Shown here: positions 46,613-55,705 of the stretch, piece by piece | Numbering within the stretch: the stretch's first letter is position 1 | Layout of the letters: every line of letters starts with the position of its first letter | Assembly: GCA_963668315.1 (NCBI GenBank) | Contig: OY764216.1 | Span: forward strand, 3,296,001-3,360,000 | Length of the DNA stretch: 64,000 bases | DNA from: Spirochaetia bacterium | GTDB lineage: Bacteria; Spirochaetota; Spirochaetia; DSM-2461 | Direction of reading: 5' to 3' | Translations under genes and position numbers: made by a program | Notes under the pieces: model-generated | The model's input: the letters and a program-made list of their open reading frames with translations, nothing else | What the model was told of the DNA's origin: nothing | Databases searched by the model: none

Positions 46613-47395
46613 TTGGAAATGAGTGTCATCGTTGAGAAAGAATATATAAAAGAAATTCCAATTATAAAAGTATTTAATTCACACTCTATTAAACCATTAC
46701 CAGTAATTCTTATGTTACATGGAGCAACCGGGAGAAAAGAGGATAATCTAGATAGAGCAAAGTGGTTTGCGAATGAAGGTTTTTTTATTGTATTGTTCGA
46801 TGCTTATGAGCATGGAGAATTAAAGTCAAATAACAGAAACGAGATTGAAGATATTGAAAAAATATTTAAATTATATTTAGAAACATCTAAATATATAACA
46901 ACTATAATAAATTATTTTATGACACAAAATAGTATTGGTGATTTTAGAAAAGTAGGATTAATTGGTTTTTCAATGGGAGCACATACTGTTTACTATCATA
47001 TTTTAAAAGAACGACATAGTAATATAAAAATTGCTATAGCAGTGATAGGTTCACCGGTATGGCGAAGTTTTGTAAAACGTTTTGTTTCTATGATTATAAA
47101 TCTAAAAACATCTTATAATGATATTATTATCAAAGAAAAAGAAGAAAAAATTTCAGAAATCCAACCAATAAAGTTTATCGATAATATTCAGGAATTACCA
47201 TTAATAATGCTCAATGGTGAGTTAGATGATAAAATACCAATACAAGAAATTGAAGATTCATATAATAAATTGAAACTGAGATATAGAGAAAAAAGTAAAA
47301 TTGAGTATATAAAATATAAAAACACAGGTCATAAAGTTACAGATAATATGATAGAAACTGCATTGAATAGGTTTAAAAAGTATTTATTTATATAG
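46613..47395 (+). CDS. Alpha/beta hydrolase (esterase) cassette
   Basis: LHG, GFSMG nucleophile elbow, GELDDKIP, TGHKV. Confidence 0.85.
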   Translation: MEMSVIVEKEYIKEIPIIKVFNSHSIKPLPVILMLHGATGRKEDNLDRAKWFANEGFFIVLFDAYEHGELKSNNRNEIEDIEKIFKLYLETSKYITTIINYFMTQNSIGDFRKVGLIGFSMGAHTVYYHILKERHSNIKIAIAVIGSPVWRSFVKRFVSMIINLKTSYNDIIIKEKEEKISEIQPIKFIDNIQELPLIMLNGELDDKIPIQEIEDSYNKLKLRYREKSKIEYIKYKNTGHKVTDNMIETALNRFKKYLFI

Positions 47396-47449
47396 TGATA
47401 TTGAATTAAAGATTTACCATAGCTGTGGAGCAATGGCATGATAAATGCT

Positions 47450-47558
47450 TTAGAACAAGCTTTTGAAGTTGTCAAATCTTTTTGTCATGTAAATTGCTTT
47501 TCGCAATTTACACGCCAAACCCTACGGGTCAGCTTTGCAACTTAAAAGGGCGTTAGCC
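47450..47558 (+). other. attC site
   Basis: TTAGAAC ... GTTAGCC. Confidence 0.88.
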
Positions 47559-47575
47559 AGACAGTAAAAGGAAGG

Positions 47576-48673
47576 GTGAAATTAATGATGAATGAGGATA
47601 TAATTCTAATTCCCAATTTTCCATTCTCGAAAAAATATATTGATCAAATTATTTCAATCCTAAATTATCATGATCCATTTGTAATATTAGCAATTGATGA
47701 CGAAGCAAAAAAATACTCTATTTTTCATAACGCCTACACAAAAGATGTATTAGAATATAATTTTATTGCTCATATCGATCGAAATATAATTACCTATGCT
47801 TTTCAATTCATAAAATCTGAAAACAGAACGATCAAACAACAACAACTTGCTCTATCTTGTTTTCTATACTTAAATTTGCTTGAAGCAAAATATGAATTAT
47901 CTCAACCTGTATTAGAATTATTACATAGTACAGAGAATGCTAATAGAACGAAAAATGAAATTATATCATGGAATCAATTTATCGATTTTCTGCACTCGGA
48001 TAATATTAAGTATATTCTTGATTTCATTTTTGAAGGTATAAATAAATTACCTAAATTAAGTGAAATAACAGATAAAGAAAAGCTACAAATTAAGCAATTA
48101 GATATTTCTGATATTGAACCGCCCATAAGTTGGTATTCTGCCTATATTCATTTATTGAAACTATCAATTATTCAAAAAGAGAATAAAGGATCAATCGAAA
48201 GTATAAGTGAATATTTTAATTGGATAATTACAGAATATAAATCTGATGCTTCTTGTATATATTTTTCGTTTATATTCTTCTCGAATAAACATGAATATAA
48301 AAAAATATATAATGAGAAAACTAGAATTATGAATTTGGCTTGGGATCTTTCACACGTTACAAATTGGTTTCGAGATTCTATTAAACATATAAATGATGAA
48401 AAGATTATTGATATTCTTGTTACTCATGATGGAATGTTGAAGGATATTGCAAATCTCTTATCAGAAGAGTGTAAAATATCAGCAAATGCAGGACGAAAGA
48501 AATGTAAATTTTTGGAATTATACTATTCAAGAAATGATGTAGATAGAATAAATGAATTGTATAATTCCTATGTAAATAATTTAAAATCTGACAATCGAAC
48601 CCCAAAAACCATTAATGATATTGAACAAAAGAAAGGTATAATTGCAGATTTAGAATTAGAGTTATTTGGATAA
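47576..48673 (+). CDS. Hypothetical protein (cassette), possible PIN-like fold
   Basis: 365-aa ORF filling the cassette; IDRNII, NLAWDL, LVTHDGML. Confidence 0.65.
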   Translation: MKLMMNEDIILIPNFPFSKKYIDQIISILNYHDPFVILAIDDEAKKYSIFHNAYTKDVLEYNFIAHIDRNIITYAFQFIKSENRTIKQQQLALSCFLYLNLLEAKYELSQPVLELLHSTENANRTKNEIISWNQFIDFLHSDNIKYILDFIFEGINKLPKLSEITDKEKLQIKQLDISDIEPPISWYSAYIHLLKLSIIQKENKGSIESISEYFNWIITEYKSDASCIYFSFIFFSNKHEYKKIYNEKTRIMNLAWDLSHVTNWFRDSIKHINDEKIIDILVTHDGMLKDIANLLSEECKISANAGRKKCKFLELYYSRNDVDRINELYNSYVNNLKSDNRTPKTINDIEQKKGIIADLELELFG

Positions 48674-48683
48674 TTTATTGGCT

Positions 48684-48792
48684 GGCTAACAAGCTTTTGA
48701 AGTTGTCAAATCTTGTTGTCATGTAAATTGCTATTCGCAATTTACACGCCAACCCCTTCGGGACAGCTTTGCAACTTAAAAGGGCGTTATAC
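48684..48792 (+). other. attC site
   Basis: GGCTAAC ... GTTATAC. Confidence 0.88.
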
Positions 48793-48911
48793 GAATTCTT
48801 GAATAATATACGAACATATTCTAATGAAAAAAAGATAAAAAAAATTCCAAGAAAGAAAAATGAAAAAATAAGATAAAAACAAAGAATAGAAGAAAAAAAA
48901 GGCAAGAATCA

Positions 48912-48940
48912 TTGACTTACACAATCCAATGTGTGAAAAT
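48912..48940 (+). promoter_or_regulatory. Putative TA promoter/operator
   Basis: TTGACT-17 nt-GAAAAT with an ACACA...TGTGT inverted repeat in the spacer. Confidence 0.5.
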
Positions 48941-48964
48941 GTAAATATAAAGGAGCAAATATCT

Positions 48965-49165
48965 ATGGCAACGAATTTAGCAATTGAAGATGAGCTTCTA
49001 ATCGAAGCTCAAAAAATAGCAGGATTTAGAACAAAAAAAGAAACTGTAAATTCTGCCCTAAAAGAATTTATTGAAAGAAGAAAACAGATTGAAATAGTCG
49101 ATCTATTTGGATCAATAGACTATGAAGAAGATTATGATTATAAATCTGAACGAAATAGAAAATGA
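48965..49165 (+). CDS. vapB: VapB-type antitoxin
   Basis: MATNLAIEDELL...TKKETVNSALKEFI; AGGAG RBS; overlaps the toxin. Confidence 0.85.
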   Translation: MATNLAIEDELLIEAQKIAGFRTKKETVNSALKEFIERRKQIEIVDLFGSIDYEEDYDYKSERNRK

Positions 49166-49587
49166 ATATATTAGTTGATACTTCAGTTTGGTCCCTTGCA
49201 TTTAGGAAAAAGACTTTAACAAATGAAGAAAATAAAATAGTCAATGAATTAAAAGAATTAATATTTGAGAAAAGAGTTCAAATCATAGGCCCAATTCGTC
49301 AAGAATTATTGTCCGGGATTAAAAATCCTATGACTTTTGAAATATTGAAAAATAAAATGCATGCTTTTGAAGATGAAATCCTAGAATCATATGATTATGA
49401 AAAAGCAGCAGAAATCAATAATTTATGTAGAAGTAAAGGAATTCAAGGTTCTCATATTGATTATTTGATAGCATCAGCAGCGATAAATAGAAATATTGCA
49501 ATATTTACAACAGACAAAGATTTCAATAATTATTCTTCCGTAATAGAAATGAAACTTCATTCAATAAGAAAAGAAATAGAAGAATAA
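49162..49587 (+). CDS. vapC: VapC PIN-domain toxin
   Basis: ILVDTSVW, QELLSG, IDYLIA, TTDKDF. Confidence 0.9.
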   Translation: MNILVDTSVWSLAFRKKTLTNEENKIVNELKELIFEKRVQIIGPIRQELLSGIKNPMTFEILKNKMHAFEDEILESYDYEKAAEINNLCRSKGIQGSHIDYLIASAAINRNIAIFTTDKDFNNYSSVIEMKLHSIRKEIEE

Positions 49588-49619
49588 AGAAAGACCATTT
49601 AAAGAAAAAAAAGAAAATC

Positions 49620-49717
49620 GTATAACAATGAATTGGAGCCGAATTGCCTATGTCACATTTCTTGCTATTCGCAAGAAATCCGCCATGGACGGCAATCAGC
49701 TCAATTCGGCGTTCTAT
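49620..49717 (+). other. attC site
   Basis: GTATAAC ... GTTCTAT. Confidence 0.85.
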
Positions 49718-50150
49718 AGACTAGGGTATGTTCATTTATCATCCTTGTAAAATTGGTCTTTGACATGCATTCAGTTTTCTGCCTCCGGGTGGGAGAATAA
49801 TTTTGGGCTTTAAACCCCAGTGGGAGAATCGCGTTGGAGAACTCAGGGCCCCCCCGGAGGGAGATCCTCTCTGGTTTTTTTTCATAGTATTCTGTGCTGT
49901 CTACGCGACCCTGGGGAAAGAATAGAAATATGGAATTTAACCCCAGGGATGAAGAATGTGGAACGAACCTCCGGTGGAAGATTATTTTTTGGTTTTTTTT
50001 CTTTGTATTTCCTTATACTGGGGGTATGATTAATTGCTTCAGCTGCAGCAAAGGGATGGGCAATAATGGTGTTATATTGAAAACAGTATAATTCTATTAA
50101 AGTTGTAGATTTGCTGTATTCAATACTACATTCGTCTGCTATCCATTTTA

Positions 50151-50675
50151 ATGAAACCATTTTCGGAGATTAATATGAAACGTGTAATTATTATCTTATT
50201 TGTAAGTTTAATCTTATCAAATTTATTCTCAGAAGAAATTGTCACGTTAAATGATGGAAGAAAAATCATTGTCTATGATGATCATACCTGGATTGAATAC
50301 TCAGATAATAATCTATCAATTGAAGATATAGTAAATAAAAATAAACAATATTTACGTTCAGATATTTCTGCTTCACAAGATGAGGTTTCAGTTGCTTGTG
50401 AGATGTATGAGCAAGGATGGACATATACAATGCCAAGACCGAAAAGTGCCAAAGCAGCTTGGGGTGTTTCAGATGGACGAACAACTTGGTATAACGGTTG
50501 GTGGTATAATTCAAAAACAAATTTATACTCGGATTCAACACCAGAAAAATCATCAAGTGGACTTTTCTTAGGAGATGGGCAAAATAGCTCACATACATGG
50601 CGTAATGGGGGGGCACCTAGACGACCAGATATTTTTATGTTCTTGCTCTCTAGCTCAGGTGGTCCACGCTTTTAG
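50151..50675 (+). CDS. Hypothetical secreted protein (cassette)
   Basis: Signal peptide MKRVIIILFVSLILSNLFS; VTLNDGRKIIVYDDHTW. Confidence 0.7.
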   Translation: MKPFSEINMKRVIIILFVSLILSNLFSEEIVTLNDGRKIIVYDDHTWIEYSDNNLSIEDIVNKNKQYLRSDISASQDEVSVACEMYEQGWTYTMPRPKSAKAAWGVSDGRTTWYNGWWYNSKTNLYSDSTPEKSSSGLFLGDGQNSSHTWRNGGAPRRPDIFMFLLSSSGGPRF

Positions 50676-50703
50676 ATAATTATCATAATGTTTGAGGTAA
50701 GCA

Positions 50704-51507
50704 ATGATAACGCGAAAAAGAATCTTTAAGATAATTGAAAAAGCAGAGAATAATGATATCGCAAGCAAGATATTTGATATTTCCATTATCATCTTAATTG
50801 TACTAAATGTTTTTGCAATAATTTTACAATCATTCAAAGATATCGCAGATTCCTATTATGGCTTGTTTAGATTCTTTGAAATATTCTCGGTTATAATTTT
50901 TTCTATAGAAATTTTATTAAGAATAATTACTTGTGACTTAAAGTTCCCGGAAAAAAGATGGTTTCTTTCATTCATTAAATATTCTTTCTCATTCATGGCT
51001 ATAATTGATCTGTTGGCTATTTTACCGTTTTATCTTCCTATCTTAATTCCGATTGATCTAAGGTTTTTAAGAGTATTACGATTAACGAGAATCCTTCGAA
51101 TATTAAAAGTCAATCGATATAGTAAATCCTTAGATTTGATTGGAAAAGTATTATATAAAAAGAAATATGAATTATTAGTCACAATTTTCATAACATCAAT
51201 TCTGTTATTGTTAGCTTCATCGATGATGTATTATTTAGAAAATGATGCCCAGCCTGATTCATTTCCCAATATCATCGCATCATTTTGGTGGGCAATTGCT
51301 ACCCTTACGACTGTAGGATATGGTGATGTTTATCCCATTACTATTCTTGGTAAAATAACTAGCGGTATTATAGCATTGTTAGGAATTGGACTAGTTGCTC
51401 TGCCTACAGGTATAATAAGTTCTGGTTTCATGGAGATAATTTCAGAAGAAAAAGAAAAGGATAATGATTATAAGTATTGTCCTGATTGTGGACGAAGATT
51501 GGATTAA
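50704..51507 (+). CDS. Voltage-gated K+ channel / ion transporter
   Basis: S4 RFLRVLRLTRILRILK, TTVGYGD filter, C-terminal CPDC. Confidence 0.9.
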   Translation: MITRKRIFKIIEKAENNDIASKIFDISIIILIVLNVFAIILQSFKDIADSYYGLFRFFEIFSVIIFSIEILLRIITCDLKFPEKRWFLSFIKYSFSFMAIIDLLAILPFYLPILIPIDLRFLRVLRLTRILRILKVNRYSKSLDLIGKVLYKKKYELLVTIFITSILLLLASSMMYYLENDAQPDSFPNIIASFWWAIATLTTVGYGDVYPITILGKITSGIIALLGIGLVALPTGIISSGFMEIISEEKEKDNDYKYCPDCGRRLD

Positions 51508-51512
51508 TAGCT

Positions 51513-51618
51513 ATAGAACAAAGTTTTGCTACTGTCAATTTTTCTGGCACGTATTTTGTTTTCACAAAATAAGCGCCAGCCCTTCGGGACAAAATTGCAG
51601 CAGAAAACGGCGTTATAT
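51513..51618 (+). other. attC site
   Basis: ATAGAAC ... GTTATAT. Confidence 0.85.
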
Positions 51619-51635
51619 GTATTAAGGAGTTTTAA

Positions 51636-52370
51636 GTGAACCCAATTGCAAGAAATGCGATGAATAAAACACTGTATAAATACTTAAGTGCAGAAAATGC
51701 TCTGAAAACATTAGAAACCCTTAAAATAAAAATAACAAAACCTAAAGAATTAAATGATCCATATGAAATAGTACCATCATTATCAAATGTCTCAGAAAAA
51801 TTAAAAAAAATACTTATAGACCTTACAAGTGAGATGAAAAAAAGGACAGCAATTTACTGCCTGTCTGGAAATGAATTAAATAACTTAATGTGGGCACATT
51901 ATGCGAACAATTATTCAGGTATTTGTATTGGATTTAATTCAAAATTGCTAGAAAAAATTAATTTATATGAAGTGATATATGATGTTAGTCGGCCGACAAT
52001 CGATGAAAAAATCATTCAAAATAGAATAAGAGATGAAGCTATGAAGTACATTTTGAAATTAATGCTTACAAAAAGTTATAAATGGAAAGATGAAAAAGAA
52101 TTTCGTTTTCTTTTTGATTTAGATGAAGAAGAAATCACAAGAACTATTATTTTAGAAAAGATTAATATTATATGTATTAATGAGATTATAATAGGACCTC
52201 GAATTAGTATAGACGATCTTAAAGAATTAAAATCCATATTAGAAAAACCAATTTTTTCCCATATAGAAGTTTATGGGCTAGAATTCTTTGATAATACTTC
52301 ATATGAATTAAAAAAATATCAAATACTCCTAAATGATTTAATTAATTATAAAAATAAACTTGATATATAA
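51636..52370 (+). CDS. DUF2971 family protein (cassette)
   Basis: LYKY, LNDPYE, LMWAHYA...GICIGF, KSYKWKDEKEFR. Confidence 0.8.
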   Translation: MNPIARNAMNKTLYKYLSAENALKTLETLKIKITKPKELNDPYEIVPSLSNVSEKLKKILIDLTSEMKKRTAIYCLSGNELNNLMWAHYANNYSGICIGFNSKLLEKINLYEVIYDVSRPTIDEKIIQNRIRDEAMKYILKLMLTKSYKWKDEKEFRFLFDLDEEEITRTIILEKINIICINEIIIGPRISIDDLKELKSILEKPIFSHIEVYGLEFFDNTSYELKKYQILLNDLINYKNKLDI

Positions 52371-53238
52371 TAAAGAGGTTTTAGATATTATGAATAATCA
52401 AAGAAATACGTTGAAAAATCTTTTTTCTAGTCTAATTGGAGTAATACGCTCTTTATATAAATTGTATCCTTTTTTTGTTTTAACAATTTTAATTATTGGT
52501 TTTTATTTCACTTTAGGAATTTCAAGGACAAATGTATATACAGCATTTTCTATTGTTATCATTCTTTTTGTATCAATATTAATATATGCAAGTTCAAAAA
52601 GGTTCGGAGAAGCTTCATTATCATTAGCAGCTGGTATTTTATCTGTCTTTTCAATTAATTGGAATCCTAAATTATTTATTGCTTTTTCAATCACTTGGCT
52701 TTGCTTTGCATGCTTTTCTATCATGATTGCATCAATTAGGATTGCATCCGAGGTTGAAAATATTATGAGAATGACAGCAATAAAAATTGATTCTAATAAT
52801 TACAAAAAGGTTGAAAAAAAATTAGAACAAATAAGGAAAAATAAAGCAAATTTGCTTGTTAGCCCAATCGAAGCATGCCGAGCTCAATTAATTCTTGCTT
52901 ATAATAATATTCCAATTTCTTCTTTTTCTACAGCAATGAATAGAATTGAACAGCTAAAGGTAATTACAGGATTAGAATATAAAATATGCACAAACTTTGT
53001 AATTGATCTTTTGAATTTATCAAAAGAAATATTGATTTTTAATCAATGTTTTGACAAATTCTTTATTCTCATAAGAGATTCACCATATGTTCCAAATGAA
53101 ATGTTTGTATTTATAAAAAGAACAAAATATTATGTTTTAAGCGGAGATTACACGTTGGATGAATATTTAAAAAAACTAAAAGATAAATTGATAAAAGGTT
53201 TTAATCTTGATGAACTAGAGAGAACATTAATGGATTAA
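52360..53238 (+). CDS. Hypothetical membrane protein (about 4 TM + soluble domain)
   Basis: Hydrophobic N-terminal half; same cassette as DUF2971. Confidence 0.65.
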   Translation: MIYNKEVLDIMNNQRNTLKNLFSSLIGVIRSLYKLYPFFVLTILIIGFYFTLGISRTNVYTAFSIVIILFVSILIYASSKRFGEASLSLAAGILSVFSINWNPKLFIAFSITWLCFACFSIMIASIRIASEVENIMRMTAIKIDSNNYKKVEKKLEQIRKNKANLLVSPIEACRAQLILAYNNIPISSFSTAMNRIEQLKVITGLEYKICTNFVIDLLNLSKEILIFNQCFDKFFILIRDSPYVPNEMFVFIKRTKYYVLSGDYTLDEYLKKLKDKLIKGFNLDELERTLMD

Positions 53239-53245
53239 TGAATAC

Positions 53246-53343
53246 ATATAACAAAGTCTTGAAGCGGAATTAGCCACTTGTCACAGAAACTGCTTGCGCA
53301 TTTTCTGCGCCAATTGTCTAATCAGCTTAAGACGACGTTATAC
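53246..53343 (+). other. attC site
   Basis: ATATAAC ... GTTATAC; AATACATATAAC complements GTTATATGTATT at 51612. Confidence 0.88.
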
Positions 53344-53358
53344 GGATAAGGGGTAAAT

Positions 53359-53982
53359 GTGGAATTAGAAATGGAAACAACAAATAGATTTATCGACTAT
53401 TTAATAATGCATGGATATCCCGAATCAAGTATTGCGGTTGAATATGAAATAGGAAAAAACACTCGTGTAGATATAGCCATATTAGATACAAAGACTAATC
53501 TCCCAATTCAACTTTTTGAGCTAAAGTCGAGAAAAAACCAACAAATGATTGAAATGGGAAAGAGACAAATTTCTAAATATAAACAGTTATTAGGAAATAA
53601 AAATATTCCTACATATCTAGTCTTTCCTGAATCTATAAAGCCATATTTTTCAATTCTAGATATTAGTGATACAGAAAATGAAAATACAATGTCTTCATTA
53701 AATTATAAAGGTCAAAAGAATTCCCGAATTGCTGAAGAAGTAAGAGAGATAAAGCATAAAAAAGAGCGGACTATAGATAATTTTAAAATTATATGTTGGA
53801 TTCTAGCAGTAATTGTTTTATTTATAGCGTTATTAAATAAATATTGTTCTTTTAATATTTCTGCAATTGATTTAACATTGCTTGGTTTAATTATTGGTTT
53901 AGTATTGATTCCCTTTGCAAGTAAACTAAAAATACTGGGAGTTGAATTTGAAAGACTAACTGAAACAGAAATTAAAGGTTAG
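53359..53982 (+). CDS. PD-(D/E)XK (HsdR-N-like) + 2 TM protein, paralog of 43457..44089
   Basis: GYPESSIAVEY, RVDI, FELK, KILGVEFER. Confidence 0.7.
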   Translation: MELEMETTNRFIDYLIMHGYPESSIAVEYEIGKNTRVDIAILDTKTNLPIQLFELKSRKNQQMIEMGKRQISKYKQLLGNKNIPTYLVFPESIKPYFSILDISDTENENTMSSLNYKGQKNSRIAEEVREIKHKKERTIDNFKIICWILAVIVLFIALLNKYCSFNISAIDLTLLGLIIGLVLIPFASKLKILGVEFERLTETEIKG

Positions 53983-53983
53983 A

Positions 53984-54030
53984 ATGAAAGAAAAAACTTG
54001 TTTTATAATAATGCCTATTACAACTCCAGA
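53984..54030 (+). pseudogene. 5' end of the gene whose remainder is at 13300..14056
   Basis: MKEKTCFIIMPITTP; ends in ACTCCAGA. Confidence 0.8.
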
Positions 54031-55378
54031 GATAGTGTCCAGCCATGTTCGCAACTTTCCTTTCAAGAAGCCATCAAAATTCCCCATTAGGCAGCCTGAC
54101 CTAATTTAATTCTTTGTTCATCAATCGATTTCTCACTGATATACCGTTTTCCCGAAGCCCAGTCTTCTGAGTATTCAATCAGGTAACAACAGACTAGTCT
54201 AAGGTAGGAGTCAATACTGGGAAAGATTCCCACAACACGAGATCGTCTACGGATTTCCCGATTCAATCGTTCCAGTTGATTGGTAGAAGCAGTTTTCCGG
54301 CTGTCTATTTCTGAGAATTCATAATACTGAAGAGAGTCTTCTAATCCGTCTTCAAGACAAGTCATGGACTTCGGAAATTGTTCTTCAAATTCCTCTATAA
54401 TTCGGTATGCATATTCACGGGCCGATTGGGAGTTCGGTTGATTCCAAATCTGCTTAATTCTGCCGGCAACAGCTTCTTTATCCCTGGCAGGAAGATGGGA
54501 CAGGATGTTCCTCATAAAATGGATTTTACAGCGTTGCCAGGAGCAACCGATGAGTTCCTTTCTTATGGCGGCTTGAAGTCCCAGATGGGCATCAGAGACA
54601 CAGAGCCAGGCATTTTTAAATCCTCTTGCTTTAAGAGACCTGAACAGTTCGGTATAAGTGCTTTCTGATTCTTCCTGCATTGGTTCAACAGCAAGGATTT
54701 CTTTGAATCCTTGTGAATTAACACCAGATACAACCATCACAGCCATATTTCTCACTCTTCCGTTATACCGGATCTTTTCATAGAGGGCATCAACCCAGAT
54801 GACAGGATATTCTGAATCAAGAGATCGATAGCGGAATTCATCTACCTGTTCATCAAGTCCCTTATTGATTTCAGAGACCTGGCTGGCTGAAATATTTTCA
54901 ATGCCCAGACTCATAGCCAATTTCTCAATCTTTCTGGTTGAAACACCGTTGATAAATGCTTCCTGGACAACCTGAATCAGAGCTTGCTCGGATCTCTTCT
55001 TTTCTGTTACAAAGAAGGGAATATATCCGCCTTTTCTGAGCTTGGGGACAAGGAGATACAGTGTTCCAAGACGAGTATCAAATCGGCGTGGTCGATATCC
55101 AGAAAAATGGGTGGATCTTCCCGTAGAATGAGACCCCTTTTGAGCTCCTACTTTATTCGCCGCTTCTATTTCCATAAGCTTTTCCAGTAGCCATTTCAAT
55201 AAGCTGAAAATGGGATCCGGTTCCGAAATGAATTGGAGTAGCATTTTTTCCAGATTACCATTATCATTTTCCTTAGCCATCGTTTTCTTCCTCCATGGTT
55301 TTAGTTGTGCATTACCATTCTGGAGAATTCGATGGCTTCTTTCAATAATTAAAATTGCGAACTTGATTGTACGCTATC
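54031..55378 (-). mobile_element. IS256-family element A copy 4 (transposase 54087..55280)
   Basis: 1348 bp; left flank ACTCCAGA equals the right flank of copy 1. Confidence 0.95.
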
Positions 55379-55705
55379 CATAAAGAGCCAGAGCATCCTT
55401 CAATGCTTCCATACAGAAATCGGCATCCAGCGTTGTTGAGAGCCTCCAGGAGAGCACTTTACGGCTATACACATCCAGGATAGCAACAAGGTAGGCAAAT
55501 CCCGTTTCCAACTTCAGGTAGGTGATATCGGAAACCCAAACCTGGTTGGGATATCTGATCTTTTTCTTCCGCAGCAAGTAGGGATAGACAGGGTGTTCCT
55601 TGTTGGGGATTGATGTGTATTTCTTAGGGCTTAAGGCTTTTAAACCCAAATCATTCATCAAACGCCTCATCCGTTTCGCCGATGTATTTCTGAAGCCCTC
55701 ATCGT

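Noticed and set aside
48826..48900. A/G-rich tracts at cassette edges (also near 15130 and 49590)
   Set aside because: Low-complexity spacer with no repeat unit or structure I can support
43313..53343. Repeats as a CRISPR array or REP elements
   Set aside because: Units are about 100-bp imperfect palindromes separated by whole genes, with AAC/GTT cores; no cas genes
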